Below, in pieces: positions 44,944 to 54,318 of a DNA stretch of 64,000 bases. Position 1 is the stretch's first letter, and each line of letters opens with the position of its first letter. Below the pieces are notes generated by a model. It worked only from the letters and a program-made list of their open reading frames with translations. It had not been told where the DNA came from and searched no databases. The translations under genes and the position numbers were made by a program. This DNA is from Escherichia coli (GTDB lineage: Bacteria; Pseudomonadota; Gammaproteobacteria; Enterobacterales; Enterobacteriaceae), in assembly GCF_050920415.1 (NCBI RefSeq), contig NZ_CP169309.1, one strand, 5' to 3'.

Positions 44944-46890
44944 ATGAAGACAAATATAAAAGTATTTACATCGACAGGTGAATTGACCACTCTCGGGCGT
45001 GAACTGGGCAAAGGCGGCGAAGGCGCGGTTTATGATATCGAGGAGTTTGTCGATAGCGTTGCCAAGATTTATCACACACCTCCACCCGCCTTAAAACAGG
45101 ACAAACTTAGCTTTATGGCTGCGACAGCTGACGCGCAGTTGTTGAATTATGTCGCCTGGCCGCAGGCAACGCTTCATAGTGGACGAGGTGGGAAGGTTAT
45201 CGGTTTTATGATGCCAAAAGTTTCTGGTAAAGAACCGATTCATATGATCTATAGCCCGGCACATCGTCGTCAGAGTTACCCTCATTGCGCGTGGGATTTT
45301 CTCCTCTATGTTGCGCGCAATATTGCTTCATCTTTTGCTACGGTTCACGAGCACGGGCACGTCGTGGGTGACGTAAACCAGAACAGCTTTATGGTAGGCC
45401 GTGACAGCAAAGTGGTGTTGATTGATAGCGACTCCTTTCAGATTAACGCCACTGGAACGCTGCATTTATGCGAAGTCGGCGTGTCGCATTTTACGCCGCC
45501 AGAGCTGCAAACCTTGCCATCATTTGTCGGCTTTGAACGCACCGCGAATCACGATAATTTTGGCCTTGCGTTGCTGATTTTTCACGTATTGTTTGGTGGG
45601 CGGCATCCTTATTCTGGTGTGCCGCTTATCTCTGAGGCGGGTAATGCGCTGGAGACGGATATTGCCCATTTTCGTTATGCCTACGCGTCAGACAATCAGA
45701 GACGTGGCTTAAAACCGCCGCCACGATCGATTCCGCTATCGATGTTACCGGGTGATGTTGCAGCCATGTTTCAGCAGGCATTCACGGAAAGTGGCGTGGC
45801 AACCGGGCGTCCGACGGCAAAAGCGTGGGTTGCGGCACTTGATTTACTACGCCAACAATTAAAGAAATGTACCGTTTCAGCAATGCATGTTTACCCTTGT
45901 CATTTAACCGACTGCCCGTGGTGTGCGCTGGATAATCAAGGCGTTATCTATTTTATTGATCTCGGCGAAGAGGTCATTACCACCAGCGGTGATTTTGTGC
46001 TGGCGAAAGTCTGGGCGATGGTGATGGCGTCAGTAGCACCACCAGCATTGCAACTGCCATTACCCGATCATTTCCAACCAGCTGGCAGGCCGCTTCCTTT
46101 AGGCCTGTTACGGCGTGAATACATTATTCTGATTGAGATCACACTGTCAGCGTTATCGCTGTTGCTTTGCGGTCTTCAGGCAGAACCGCGTTATATTATT
46201 CTGGTGCCTGTGCTGGCGGCTATCTGGATTATTGGCAGTCTGACAAGCAAAGCTTACAAAGCAGAAGTCCAGCACCGTCGTGAGGTATTTAATCGTGCGA
46301 AAATGGACTATGACCATTTAGTCAGCCAGATCCAACAGTTGGGCGGGTTGGAAGGTTTTATCGCCAAACGGACGATGCTCGAAAAAATGAAGGACGAAAT
46401 TCTCGGTTTACCGGAAGAAGAAAAGCGCGCGGTGGCAGCACTTCACGACACCGCAAGGGAACGGCAGAAGCAGAAGTTTCTGGAGGGATTTTTTATTGAT
46501 GTTGCCTCTATTCCCGGCGTTGGCCCTGCGCGTAAAGCGGCGTTACGGTCTTTTGGTATTGAAACAGCAGCAGATGTTACCCGTCGTGGTGTTAAGCAAG
46601 TGAAAGGGTTTGGTGATCATCTGACACAGGCGGTTATCGACTGGAAAGCGAGTTGCGAACGCCGTTTTGTGTTCAGGCCGAATGAAGCGGTAACGCCAGC
46701 AGACAGACAAGCGGTAATGGCGAAAATGACCGCCAAACGACATCGGCTGGAATCGGCGCTGACTGTCGGCGCGACAGAGTTGCAGCGATTCCGCCTTCAT
46801 GCTCCTGCACGGACCATGCCGTTGATGGAACCATTACGTCAGGCAGCGGAGAAACTGGCTCAGGCGCAGGCTGATTTAAGCCGCTGCTGA
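44944..46890 (+). CDS. yegI: Atypical Hanks-like Ser/Thr protein kinase with membrane segment and C-terminal HhH-like domain
   Basis: 648 aa; Gly-rich loop LGKGGEGAVYD, VAKIYH lysine, degenerate catalytic loop VGDVNQNSF, DSDSF, TPPE; hydrophobic stretch around residues 390-440; C-terminal IPGVGPARKAALRSFGIETAADV. Confidence 0.85.
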   Translation: MKTNIKVFTSTGELTTLGRELGKGGEGAVYDIEEFVDSVAKIYHTPPPALKQDKLSFMAATADAQLLNYVAWPQATLHSGRGGKVIGFMMPKVSGKEPIHMIYSPAHRRQSYPHCAWDFLLYVARNIASSFATVHEHGHVVGDVNQNSFMVGRDSKVVLIDSDSFQINATGTLHLCEVGVSHFTPPELQTLPSFVGFERTANHDNFGLALLIFHVLFGGRHPYSGVPLISEAGNALETDIAHFRYAYASDNQRRGLKPPPRSIPLSMLPGDVAAMFQQAFTESGVATGRPTAKAWVAALDLLRQQLKKCTVSAMHVYPCHLTDCPWCALDNQGVIYFIDLGEEVITTSGDFVLAKVWAMVMASVAPPALQLPLPDHFQPAGRPLPLGLLRREYIILIEITLSALSLLLCGLQAEPRYIILVPVLAAIWIIGSLTSKAYKAEVQHRREVFNRAKMDYDHLVSQIQQLGGLEGFIAKRTMLEKMKDEILGLPEEEKRAVAALHDTARERQKQKFLEGFFIDVASIPGVGPARKAALRSFGIETAADVTRRGVKQVKGFGDHLTQAVIDWKASCERRFVFRPNEAVTPADRQAVMAKMTAKRHRLESALTVGATELQRFRLHAPARTMPLMEPLRQAAEKLAQAQADLSRC

Positions 46891-46902
46891 GCCATTTTTC
46901 AA

Positions 46903-48255
46903 TTAACGAAACACCACTTCTGCCCAACGTGCCAGCCCGGCGGTAACCGACCCAAAGTCATCGCCGCCTGCAATCGGAATGCCCGGCAACTGTTCTGCCA
47001 GCGCTTTTTTAATCAGCGGCGATCGGGCGCTACCACCAGTCAGATAGATGACATCCGGTTTTTCCTGGGCGTTATCCAGCGCCAGTTGCACCTGTTCCAG
47101 AATTCGCGCCAGCGGCTGACTGAGGGCGTTTTCCAGCCCTTGTTGGCTAATCAGTGTTGCCAGCTCATCGCTGATAAACGGCAGCGATGCGCGGGTTTCC
47201 GCTGCGCTGGAAAGGGCGATTTTGCTCTCTTCCGCGCTGCGTACCAGCCGATAACTTAAACGCTGACGCCAGACTTTCTGTAACAGGGCCACTTTCTCCG
47301 GTTCGCGGGCGTCGCGTACCAGATCGTTAAGCAGACGACCGTTAGCACTACTGTAGAAATCACTCTGCGCAGGTACATCGTTGATGGCAACTGCATTCCA
47401 CCACGGCAGGATCGGCAGGGCGATGCCTTTTTCAGTTTCGCCACCCATGCCCAGTAATGGCATCAGATTTTTAAACGCCAGTGCGATATCCAGATCGTTA
47501 CCGCCAATACGGCAACCACTGTGACCCAGCAGGCTGGCTTCACGATCGAGGCGCGAACGCCACTGTGGCCCCATTAGCAGTAAAGAACAGTCAGTCGTAC
47601 CACCGCCGATATCCACCACCAGTACGCGTTTTTCTTCCTGCAAGGTGGCTTCGTAATCCAGCCCAGCCGCCACCGGCTCGTACTGGAATACCACGTCCTT
47701 AAACCCGGCACGCTTCGCTGCACGCTCCAGAATCCCTTGTGCCTGGGCGTTTGCCTCATCGCCGCCCAGCCCCTGGAAGTTGATCGGGCGACCAATCACC
47801 GCCTGGGTAATCGCTTCTGGCAGCTGTGTCTGGGCCTGCTTGCGAATGTGCAACATCATTGCGCAGACCAGATCCTCAAACAGCGCCACCTGCTGCGGTT
47901 TTAAGCCGCTGGCACCGAGGAACGATTTTGGTGATTTAACAAACCACACTTCTTCCGGATCATCAATGTACTGCGCCAGTGAGGAAAGGCCGAACTGCAC
48001 GCTTTTCGCCGTGACATCGATATCTTCTTCGCGGTTATAACGAATCGCCCGACGTAATAGCGCCTGCGTTTCATTGTCGTCTGCCGGAACATCATGATGG
48101 CGGTACAGCCATTCGCTTACCGCTTCACGCGTTGGCGCGCAAAGCATTGAAGGCAGCAGCGTGCTGTCGTTTTCCATTTTCAGTAATTGCGGTTTACCGT
48201 CACGCATGACCGCCACTGAACAGTTTGCTGTACCGTAATCAAAACCAATAAACAC
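46903..48255 (-). CDS. yegD: Hsp70-family actin-like ATPase YegD
   Basis: ORF 46903..48318; likely GTG start at 48255 (MFIGFDYGTANCSVAV) gives 450 aa; DnaK-like phosphate loops (VVDIGGGTTD). Confidence 0.85.
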   Translation of the reverse strand: MFIGFDYGTANCSVAVMRDGKPQLLKMENDSTLLPSMLCAPTREAVSEWLYRHHDVPADDNETQALLRRAIRYNREEDIDVTAKSVQFGLSSLAQYIDDPEEVWFVKSPKSFLGASGLKPQQVALFEDLVCAMMLHIRKQAQTQLPEAITQAVIGRPINFQGLGGDEANAQAQGILERAAKRAGFKDVVFQYEPVAAGLDYEATLQEEKRVLVVDIGGGTTDCSLLLMGPQWRSRLDREASLLGHSGCRIGGNDLDIALAFKNLMPLLGMGGETEKGIALPILPWWNAVAINDVPAQSDFYSSANGRLLNDLVRDAREPEKVALLQKVWRQRLSYRLVRSAEESKIALSSAAETRASLPFISDELATLISQQGLENALSQPLARILEQVQLALDNAQEKPDVIYLTGGSARSPLIKKALAEQLPGIPIAGGDDFGSVTAGLARWAEVVFR

Positions 48256-48333
48256 GAAATAATCCCCATGCCGGTGAAGAAGGGGCGTGACTTTAGCGAA
48301 ATGTTGCCGTCGCGACAACCGGAATATGAAAGC

Positions 48334-48341
48334 AAAGCGCA
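48334..48341 (+). promoter_or_regulatory. Ada box (AAAGCGCA) in alkA promoter
   Basis: AAAGCAAAGCGCA about 50 bp upstream of the alkA start; alkA is a known Ada regulon member. Confidence 0.55.
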
Positions 48342-48388
48342 GCGTCTGAATAACGTTTATGCTGAAAGCGGATTAACAAGGAGATGCG

Positions 48389-49237
48389 ATGTATACCCTG
48401 AACTGGCAGCCGCCGTATGACTGGTCGTGGATGTTGGGTTTTCTCGCCGCCCGCGCGGTGAGCGGTGTGGAAACGGTCGCTGACGATTTTTATGCCCGTA
48501 GTCTGGCGGTGGGCGAATATCGCGGCGTGGTGACTGCTATTCCGGATATAGCCAGCCATACTCTGCACATAAATTTAAGTGCAGGTTTAGAACCTGTTGC
48601 CGCTGAGTGTCTGGCGAAAATGAGCCGCCTGTTTGATCTGCAATGTCACCCGCAGATTGTTAACGGTGCGTTGGGCAAGTTAGGCGCGGCGCGGCCCGGA
48701 TTGCGTTTACCTGGTTGTGTTGATGCTTTTGAGCAGGGCGTGCGGGCGATTTTAGGCCAACTGGTGAGCGTGGCGATGGCGGCAAAATTGACCGCCAGAG
48801 TGGCACAGCTTTATGGCGAACGGCTGGATGATTTTCCGGAGTATGTCTGCTTCCCCACGCCTCAGCGGCTGGCTGCAGCCGACCCGCAGGCATTAAAAGC
48901 GTTAGGTATGCCGTTGAAACGGGCAGAGGCGCTGATTCATCTGGCAAATGCGGCGCTGGAGGGCACCTTACCAATGATAATACCGGGCGACGTAGAACAA
49001 GCGATGAAAAAACTGCAAACTTTTCCGGGTATCGGGCGCTGGACGGCGAATTATTTCGCCTTGCGCGGCTGGCAGGCGAAAGATGTTTTCCTGCCGGATG
49101 ATTATCTGATTAAACAGCGATTTCCGGGAATGACACCGGCACAAATCCGCCGATATGCCGAGCGCTGGAAGCCTTGGCGTTCTTATGCGCTGTTGCATAT
49201 CTGGTATACGGAAGGCTGGCAACCAGACGAAGCATGA
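48389..49237 (+). CDS. alkA: DNA-3-methyladenine glycosylase II
   Basis: 282 aa; HhH-GPD fold with FPGIGRWTANYFALRG. Confidence 0.93.
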   Translation: MYTLNWQPPYDWSWMLGFLAARAVSGVETVADDFYARSLAVGEYRGVVTAIPDIASHTLHINLSAGLEPVAAECLAKMSRLFDLQCHPQIVNGALGKLGAARPGLRLPGCVDAFEQGVRAILGQLVSVAMAAKLTARVAQLYGERLDDFPEYVCFPTPQRLAAADPQALKALGMPLKRAEALIHLANAALEGTLPMIIPGDVEQAMKKLQTFPGIGRWTANYFALRGWQAKDVFLPDDYLIKQRFPGMTPAQIRRYAERWKPWRSYALLHIWYTEGWQPDEA

Positions 49238-49244
49238 CGTTGGT

Positions 49245-49340
49245 CGCCGGATGCGGTGCGAGCGCCTTATCCGGCCTGGGGAATGAGCGATTTGTAGGCA
49301 TGATAAGACGCGTTAGCGTCGCATCAGGCAATGGGCAAAC
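49245..49340. repeat. REP/BIME elements
   Basis: GCCGGATGCGGTGCGAGCGCCTTATCCGGCC and TGATAAGACGCGTTAGCGTCGCATCAGGCA palindromic units between alkA and dgcE. Confidence 0.85.
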
Positions 49341-49346
49341 GCTCCC

Positions 49347-52300
49347 TCAGTTAATCGCGAAATAACTGTTATTCACCAGCAAATCCAACGGTTGGGCATC
49401 GGCAATCACATCACCATAAATCAGATCAACGCCGATGCCAGAAAGCGTATCCATCACTAAGGGTAAAACAACTGGCCCGGCGATAGTCTTCACCCCGAGT
49501 CGCTGAGCGTGCCCCTGAATAATCGTAATCAGCATCTCATCCATCAAATTACCCTGCACGCTGGCGCATAGCTCACCGTCAAGTAGCAGGTAATCTGCCA
49601 TATTCGCTTTCAGCGTGTTGAAAATTTGCAGATCGCGACCCACCTGGCTGAGCACTATCCGACATCCCGCCAGCCGTAGTTTTTGCACGCTTTCTGCGTG
49701 ATCGAAAACCGCTTCTGCCGGAATAATCAGATGTAATAACCGTGGTGGTAGAGGGCTATTTTCCAGCTGCTCAATTAGTTCATTCACCAGCGAGGCGCTA
49801 CTCAAACCGGCAACAGAAAGGGGGAGGGCGATGCTTAAGCCTTTACTGGCAATCGCTTTTGCGGTCTGCTGGAAAAATTCATTGAGTACCCGGCGGTCAA
49901 GAGCATGGTTAAGCGCCGGATCACTGAAGCTACGACGAAATGTTTGTTCATCAAAAATCTCGCCTTCGCAACCCCAGAGTTTTAGTGATATCAACCACAA
50001 ATTACGCGCTTCCGGGATCCGTGGCGAAGCGACGCCGTGGGCGATCATCATCAACTGATTCTCTTTAATCATCCGCCACTGTTCATCAATCGACATCGCC
50101 GCCCGTTCGCTATGTGCGTCAGCATGCTGCGGTTCGTAAACTGTCACCCGGCCGCGGCCACCATTTTTGGAGGCATAACAGGCGATGTCAGCCTGCGACA
50201 TCACTTCAACCGCCTGATGATTGTTGTCATCAATCAAGGTAATCCCGGCACTGGCACCTACCCGATGTACACGTCCTTCCCATATAAAGTGATAGTCATT
50301 CACGGCACTGATAATGCGTGTAGCGATAAAACGCGCACTTTCGACATTACAATCTGGCAGCAGCAGACCAAATTCATCGCCACCGAGTCGCGCCAGCACG
50401 TCGCTGGAGCGCAGCATACTCAGCATCAATGACGCCAGTTCGCGCAACAAAGCGTCGCCAGCGGCGTGTCCGGCGCTGTCATTCACCGCTTTAAAGCGAT
50501 CAAGATCGATAAACACCAGTGCATGTCGCTGATGTGTACTGTTTACCGTTTGCAGCAGGATGCGTAGTTGCTTCTCAAAACTGGCGCGATTGGCGAGATG
50601 CGTCAGTGCATCATGGGAGGCGCTGTAGCTCAGCTGCCGTAACATTTTGCGTGATTCGGTGACGTCCTGAATCACCAGAACCGAACCAATATTGCTGCCA
50701 TCCAGAGTACTTAGCGGTGTAATACTGTAATGCACGTCGTAGCTGCCGCCGCTTCGACAGTGCAACACTACATCTTGTTCAATCGCGGAACGCGAGGTGT
50801 CGGCACTGTAAATGTTCTCCATTAATGGCCCGTTGTCGCCAAAAGTAATATGCAACACCGTCAGGAGCGGAACACCTAACGCTTCTTCCTGCGTCCAGCC
50901 GCTCATCTTCTCCGCCACTGGATTCATAAAGGTAATTTTCATCGCCATGTCAATACAGACCACGGCTTCGCCGATGGAGTCCAGCGTAATATGCAGGCGC
51001 TCTTTTTCCTGAAACAGTGCCTCGTTAAGCTGTTTCACTTCAGTCATATCCATATTGATGCCAAGCAGGCGTTCAACTTCGCCTTCTTTATTCAGTACCC
51101 GGTTGGCGAGGGCGCGGATATGGCGGATACCGTCTTTCACGGCAATGCGAAATTCCAGTTTAAAGGGAGAGCGCGATTGCAATGAATCGCGAATCACTTT
51201 TTCGGCGTGCTGGCGATCTTCCGGCAGCACGCATTCGTACCACACCTGCCAGTTCGGTTTGATATGCGGAGGAATTTCATACAGCTCGAACATCCGCTTA
51301 TCCCAGCTAAAAATATTCGGCTTTAGCTCCCACTCCCAGATGCCAATCCCGCCCGCTTCGTTAGCCAGCGTGATGCGCTCCATCAGTTGCTGGTTCACCT
51401 GTTCGGTGCGTTTTAGCTCGTTAATGTCTTCAATCTGAGCGATAAAATAGAGCGGCGTACCATCGGTGTGGCGCACCAGTGAGACGGCAAGCAACGCCCA
51501 GACAACATCGCCATTGCGGTTGTAGTAGCGTTTTTCCATTGAATAGGTGTTTATTTCACCGCTTATCAGCTTTTCAACCTGTTGCAGATCTTTATTGAGA
51601 TCCTCCGGCCAGGTCAGTTGCTGAAAGGTAAGTCCGCGCAGTTCTTCCTGACTGTAACCGAGAAACTGGCAGAGCGCTTTGTTGGATTGCAGCCATTGCC
51701 CCTCGGTGCCCACTAATGCCATGCCGATGGCGGAATATTCCATCGCGTTCCGAAAGCGGGTTTCGCTTTCGGAAATGTGTTTGCGTTCCGCACGAAAGGC
51801 ATACATCACCATCGTCATGATGTTGGCGGGCAGCAGGATCAGCAAAAACGGTAGCCACGGCATATGGCTCATCAGGTATGTACGCGGCGTAGCAAGCAGG
51901 GAGGGATCAGCGGCCATCATCAGTGACACCATCATCACCGTGGTAAGGAAGATCAAAAAGGCTTCCATTCGTGGCAGGCGCACGGCGCTCCACATCAACA
52001 GCACAATAATGAAAGTAAAAGGCCACGGCAGATACAGCATCGAAAGCCAGCTTAACGTCAGTGTGATGGCTAACGTGAGCAGCGACTCAAAAAGCAACCT
52101 TGGGTTGCGATGGCGCAGCAGATAGTGTGGTTTAAATAACAATCCCAGCGGCACCAGTGCCAGGGCGCCGATGGATTCTGACAGTACCCATATCAAAAAT
52201 GCCCTGAGAGGATCGTCTCCGGGCGTCAGCAGGATAACCAGAATACCCCCTAACAGAGGTGGAACAATGGCGCTGCCGAGTGCCAGACGCAGCCAGTCAG

Positions 52301-52664
52301 CCAGATTTTGCAAGGGGTTATACCACGGCAGCAATTTACGCAGTAGCACTGCCCCGACCACGGCTTCAACAATATTGATGGTCGTCCAGGTCATGTTCAG
52401 CGAGCTGGTGGAAAAAAGCAGGATGGATGCGGCGATATTTCCCAGCGAGCAGCTCAGCGCTATTCCCGGCCACATGCGCCCGGCATGGCGATAAAACGCC
52501 ACCATCATGATGGACGTCGGGAACCACAGTGGGGCGAGTTGGGTGCCAAACTGCGAAAGCTCAAGCGAGAAAAGGGTGAAGATAAACGAGACTAAACCTA
52601 AACTGACCAGGTGAAGCAGCGGGTGGGGCAGGGCAATTAATACATGCTGTGATTGTTTGCTCAT
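49347..52664 (-). CDS. dgcE: Diguanylate cyclase DgcE (MASE1-PAS-GGDEF-EAL)
   Basis: 1105 aa; N-terminal polytopic region, PAS repeats, GGDEF (RLGGDEFGLL) and a degenerate EAL-like C-terminus. Confidence 0.92.
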   Translation of the reverse strand: MSKQSQHVLIALPHPLLHLVSLGLVSFIFTLFSLELSQFGTQLAPLWFPTSIMMVAFYRHAGRMWPGIALSCSLGNIAASILLFSTSSLNMTWTTINIVEAVVGAVLLRKLLPWYNPLQNLADWLRLALGSAIVPPLLGGILVILLTPGDDPLRAFLIWVLSESIGALALVPLGLLFKPHYLLRHRNPRLLFESLLTLAITLTLSWLSMLYLPWPFTFIIVLLMWSAVRLPRMEAFLIFLTTVMMVSLMMAADPSLLATPRTYLMSHMPWLPFLLILLPANIMTMVMYAFRAERKHISESETRFRNAMEYSAIGMALVGTEGQWLQSNKALCQFLGYSQEELRGLTFQQLTWPEDLNKDLQQVEKLISGEINTYSMEKRYYNRNGDVVWALLAVSLVRHTDGTPLYFIAQIEDINELKRTEQVNQQLMERITLANEAGGIGIWEWELKPNIFSWDKRMFELYEIPPHIKPNWQVWYECVLPEDRQHAEKVIRDSLQSRSPFKLEFRIAVKDGIRHIRALANRVLNKEGEVERLLGINMDMTEVKQLNEALFQEKERLHITLDSIGEAVVCIDMAMKITFMNPVAEKMSGWTQEEALGVPLLTVLHITFGDNGPLMENIYSADTSRSAIEQDVVLHCRSGGSYDVHYSITPLSTLDGSNIGSVLVIQDVTESRKMLRQLSYSASHDALTHLANRASFEKQLRILLQTVNSTHQRHALVFIDLDRFKAVNDSAGHAAGDALLRELASLMLSMLRSSDVLARLGGDEFGLLLPDCNVESARFIATRIISAVNDYHFIWEGRVHRVGASAGITLIDDNNHQAVEVMSQADIACYASKNGGRGRVTVYEPQHADAHSERAAMSIDEQWRMIKENQLMMIAHGVASPRIPEARNLWLISLKLWGCEGEIFDEQTFRRSFSDPALNHALDRRVLNEFFQQTAKAIASKGLSIALPLSVAGLSSASLVNELIEQLENSPLPPRLLHLIIPAEAVFDHAESVQKLRLAGCRIVLSQVGRDLQIFNTLKANMADYLLLDGELCASVQGNLMDEMLITIIQGHAQRLGVKTIAGPVVLPLVMDTLSGIGVDLIYGDVIADAQPLDLLVNNSYFAIN

Positions 52665-52982
52665 TACCGCTTTATCCGCAAGACCAGGTCGCCAGTATTC
52701 GTTTCTGTGTTTATGCTAGTACAAAAGTTTTACATTTTATATGCGAATTGCTCATAAAGTGACGTAAAGGCGGATAATTTGCGCAACGACGTATAACATT
52801 TTTTACCTTGCATTAAAACTGAACAACGTAATTTGCCACCGGGAATTCTTCGTCAACAATTAACTCTGAGCGCGCGGCAGCGCTATTCGACTGGTATCAG
52901 GCGGATGAAATCCCTATAATTGCCGCGTTTGGCGCTTCGTCGCCCCCTTCCTAACATCCAGGTTAATCAGGTCGCTAAATAT

Positions 52983-53624
52983 ATGACTGATCAGTCTCAT
53001 CAGTGCGTCATTATCGGTATCGCTGGCGCATCGGCTTCCGGCAAGAGTCTTATTGCCAGTACCCTTTATCGTGAATTACGTGAGCAAGTCGGTGATGAAC
53101 ACATCGGCGTAATTCCCGAAGACTGCTATTACAAAGATCAAAGCCATCTGTCGATGGAAGAACGCGTTAAGACCAACTACGACCATCCCAGCGCGATGGA
53201 TCACAGCCTGCTGCTTGAGCATTTACAAGCATTGAAACGCGGCTCGGCAATTGACCTGCCGGTTTACAGCTATGTTGAACATACGCGTATGAAAGAAACG
53301 GTAAAGGTTGAGCCGAAGAAGGTCATCATTCTCGAAGGCATTTTGCTGCTGACGGATGCGCGTTTGCGTGATGAACTTAACTTCTCAATTTTCGTTGATA
53401 CCCCGCTGGATATCTGCCTGATGCGCCGCATCAAGCGTGATGTTAACGAGCGTGGGCGTTCAATGGATTCCGTGATGGCGCAATATCAAAAAACTGTGCG
53501 CCCGATGTTCCTGCAATTCATTGAGCCATCTAAACAATATGCGGACATTATCGTGCCGCGCGGCGGGAAAAACCGCATCGCCATCGATATATTGAAAGCG
53601 AAAATAAGTCAGTTCTTTGAATAA
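52983..53624 (+). CDS. udk: Uridine/cytidine kinase
   Basis: Internal start [22 protein letters not shown] (P-loop) within ORF 52920..53624 gives 213 aa. Confidence 0.92.
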   Translation: MTDQSHQCVIIGIAGASASGKSLIASTLYRELREQVGDEHIGVIPEDCYYKDQSHLSMEERVKTNYDHPSAMDHSLLLEHLQALKRGSAIDLPVYSYVEHTRMKETVKVEPKKVIILEGILLLTDARLRDELNFSIFVDTPLDICLMRRIKRDVNERGRSMDSVMAQYQKTVRPMFLQFIEPSKQYADIIVPRGGKNRIAIDILKAKISQFFE

Positions 53625-53715
53625 GCTTGATAAATTGTGTACCGTTCAGTGATAACCTGGTATGCCCTTGACGTAATTGGCGTTAAGGGAGTGATGCGCG
53701 AAAGGAGAAAATGCC

Positions 53716-54297
53716 ATGCGTCTGTGTGACCGAGATATTGAAGCCTGGCTTGATGAAGGCCGTTTGTCGATCAACCCACGTCCGCCAGTGGAGCGTATTA
53801 ATGGCGCGACGGTGGATGTGCGCCTGGGCAATAAATTTCGTACCTTCCGTGGTCACACGGCAGCGTTTATCGATCTGAGCGGTCCCAAAGATGAAGTGAG
53901 CGCCGCGCTTGACCGCGTGATGAGCGATGAGATCGTACTCGATGAAAGCGAGGCGTTTTATCTTCACCCAGGAGAGCTGGCGCTGGCGGTGACGCTGGAG
54001 TCGGTGACGCTGCCAGCCGATCTGGTGGGATGGCTGGACGGTCGTTCCTCACTGGCGCGTCTGGGGCTTATGGTGCACGTCACCGCGCACCGTATCGATC
54101 CGGGCTGGTCTGGCTGCATTGTGCTGGAGTTCTACAACTCCGGTAAGCTGCCGCTGGCGTTGCGTCCGGGCATGTTAATTGGTGCGCTGAGCTTTGAGCC
54201 GCTTTCCGGCCCGGCGGCGCGACCTTACAACCGCCGTGAAGATGCGAAATATCGCAACCAGCAGGGCGCGGTAGCCAGCCGAATCGATAAAGACTAA
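53716..54297 (+). CDS. dcd: dCTP deaminase
   Basis: 193 aa; [17 protein letters not shown] start. Confidence 0.93.
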   Translation: MRLCDRDIEAWLDEGRLSINPRPPVERINGATVDVRLGNKFRTFRGHTAAFIDLSGPKDEVSAALDRVMSDEIVLDESEAFYLHPGELALAVTLESVTLPADLVGWLDGRSSLARLGLMVHVTAHRIDPGWSGCIVLEFYNSGKLPLALRPGMLIGALSFEPLSGPAARPYNRREDAKYRNQQGAVASRIDKD

Positions 54298-54318
54298 TTC
54301 AGGCCCATTGAGGATACC

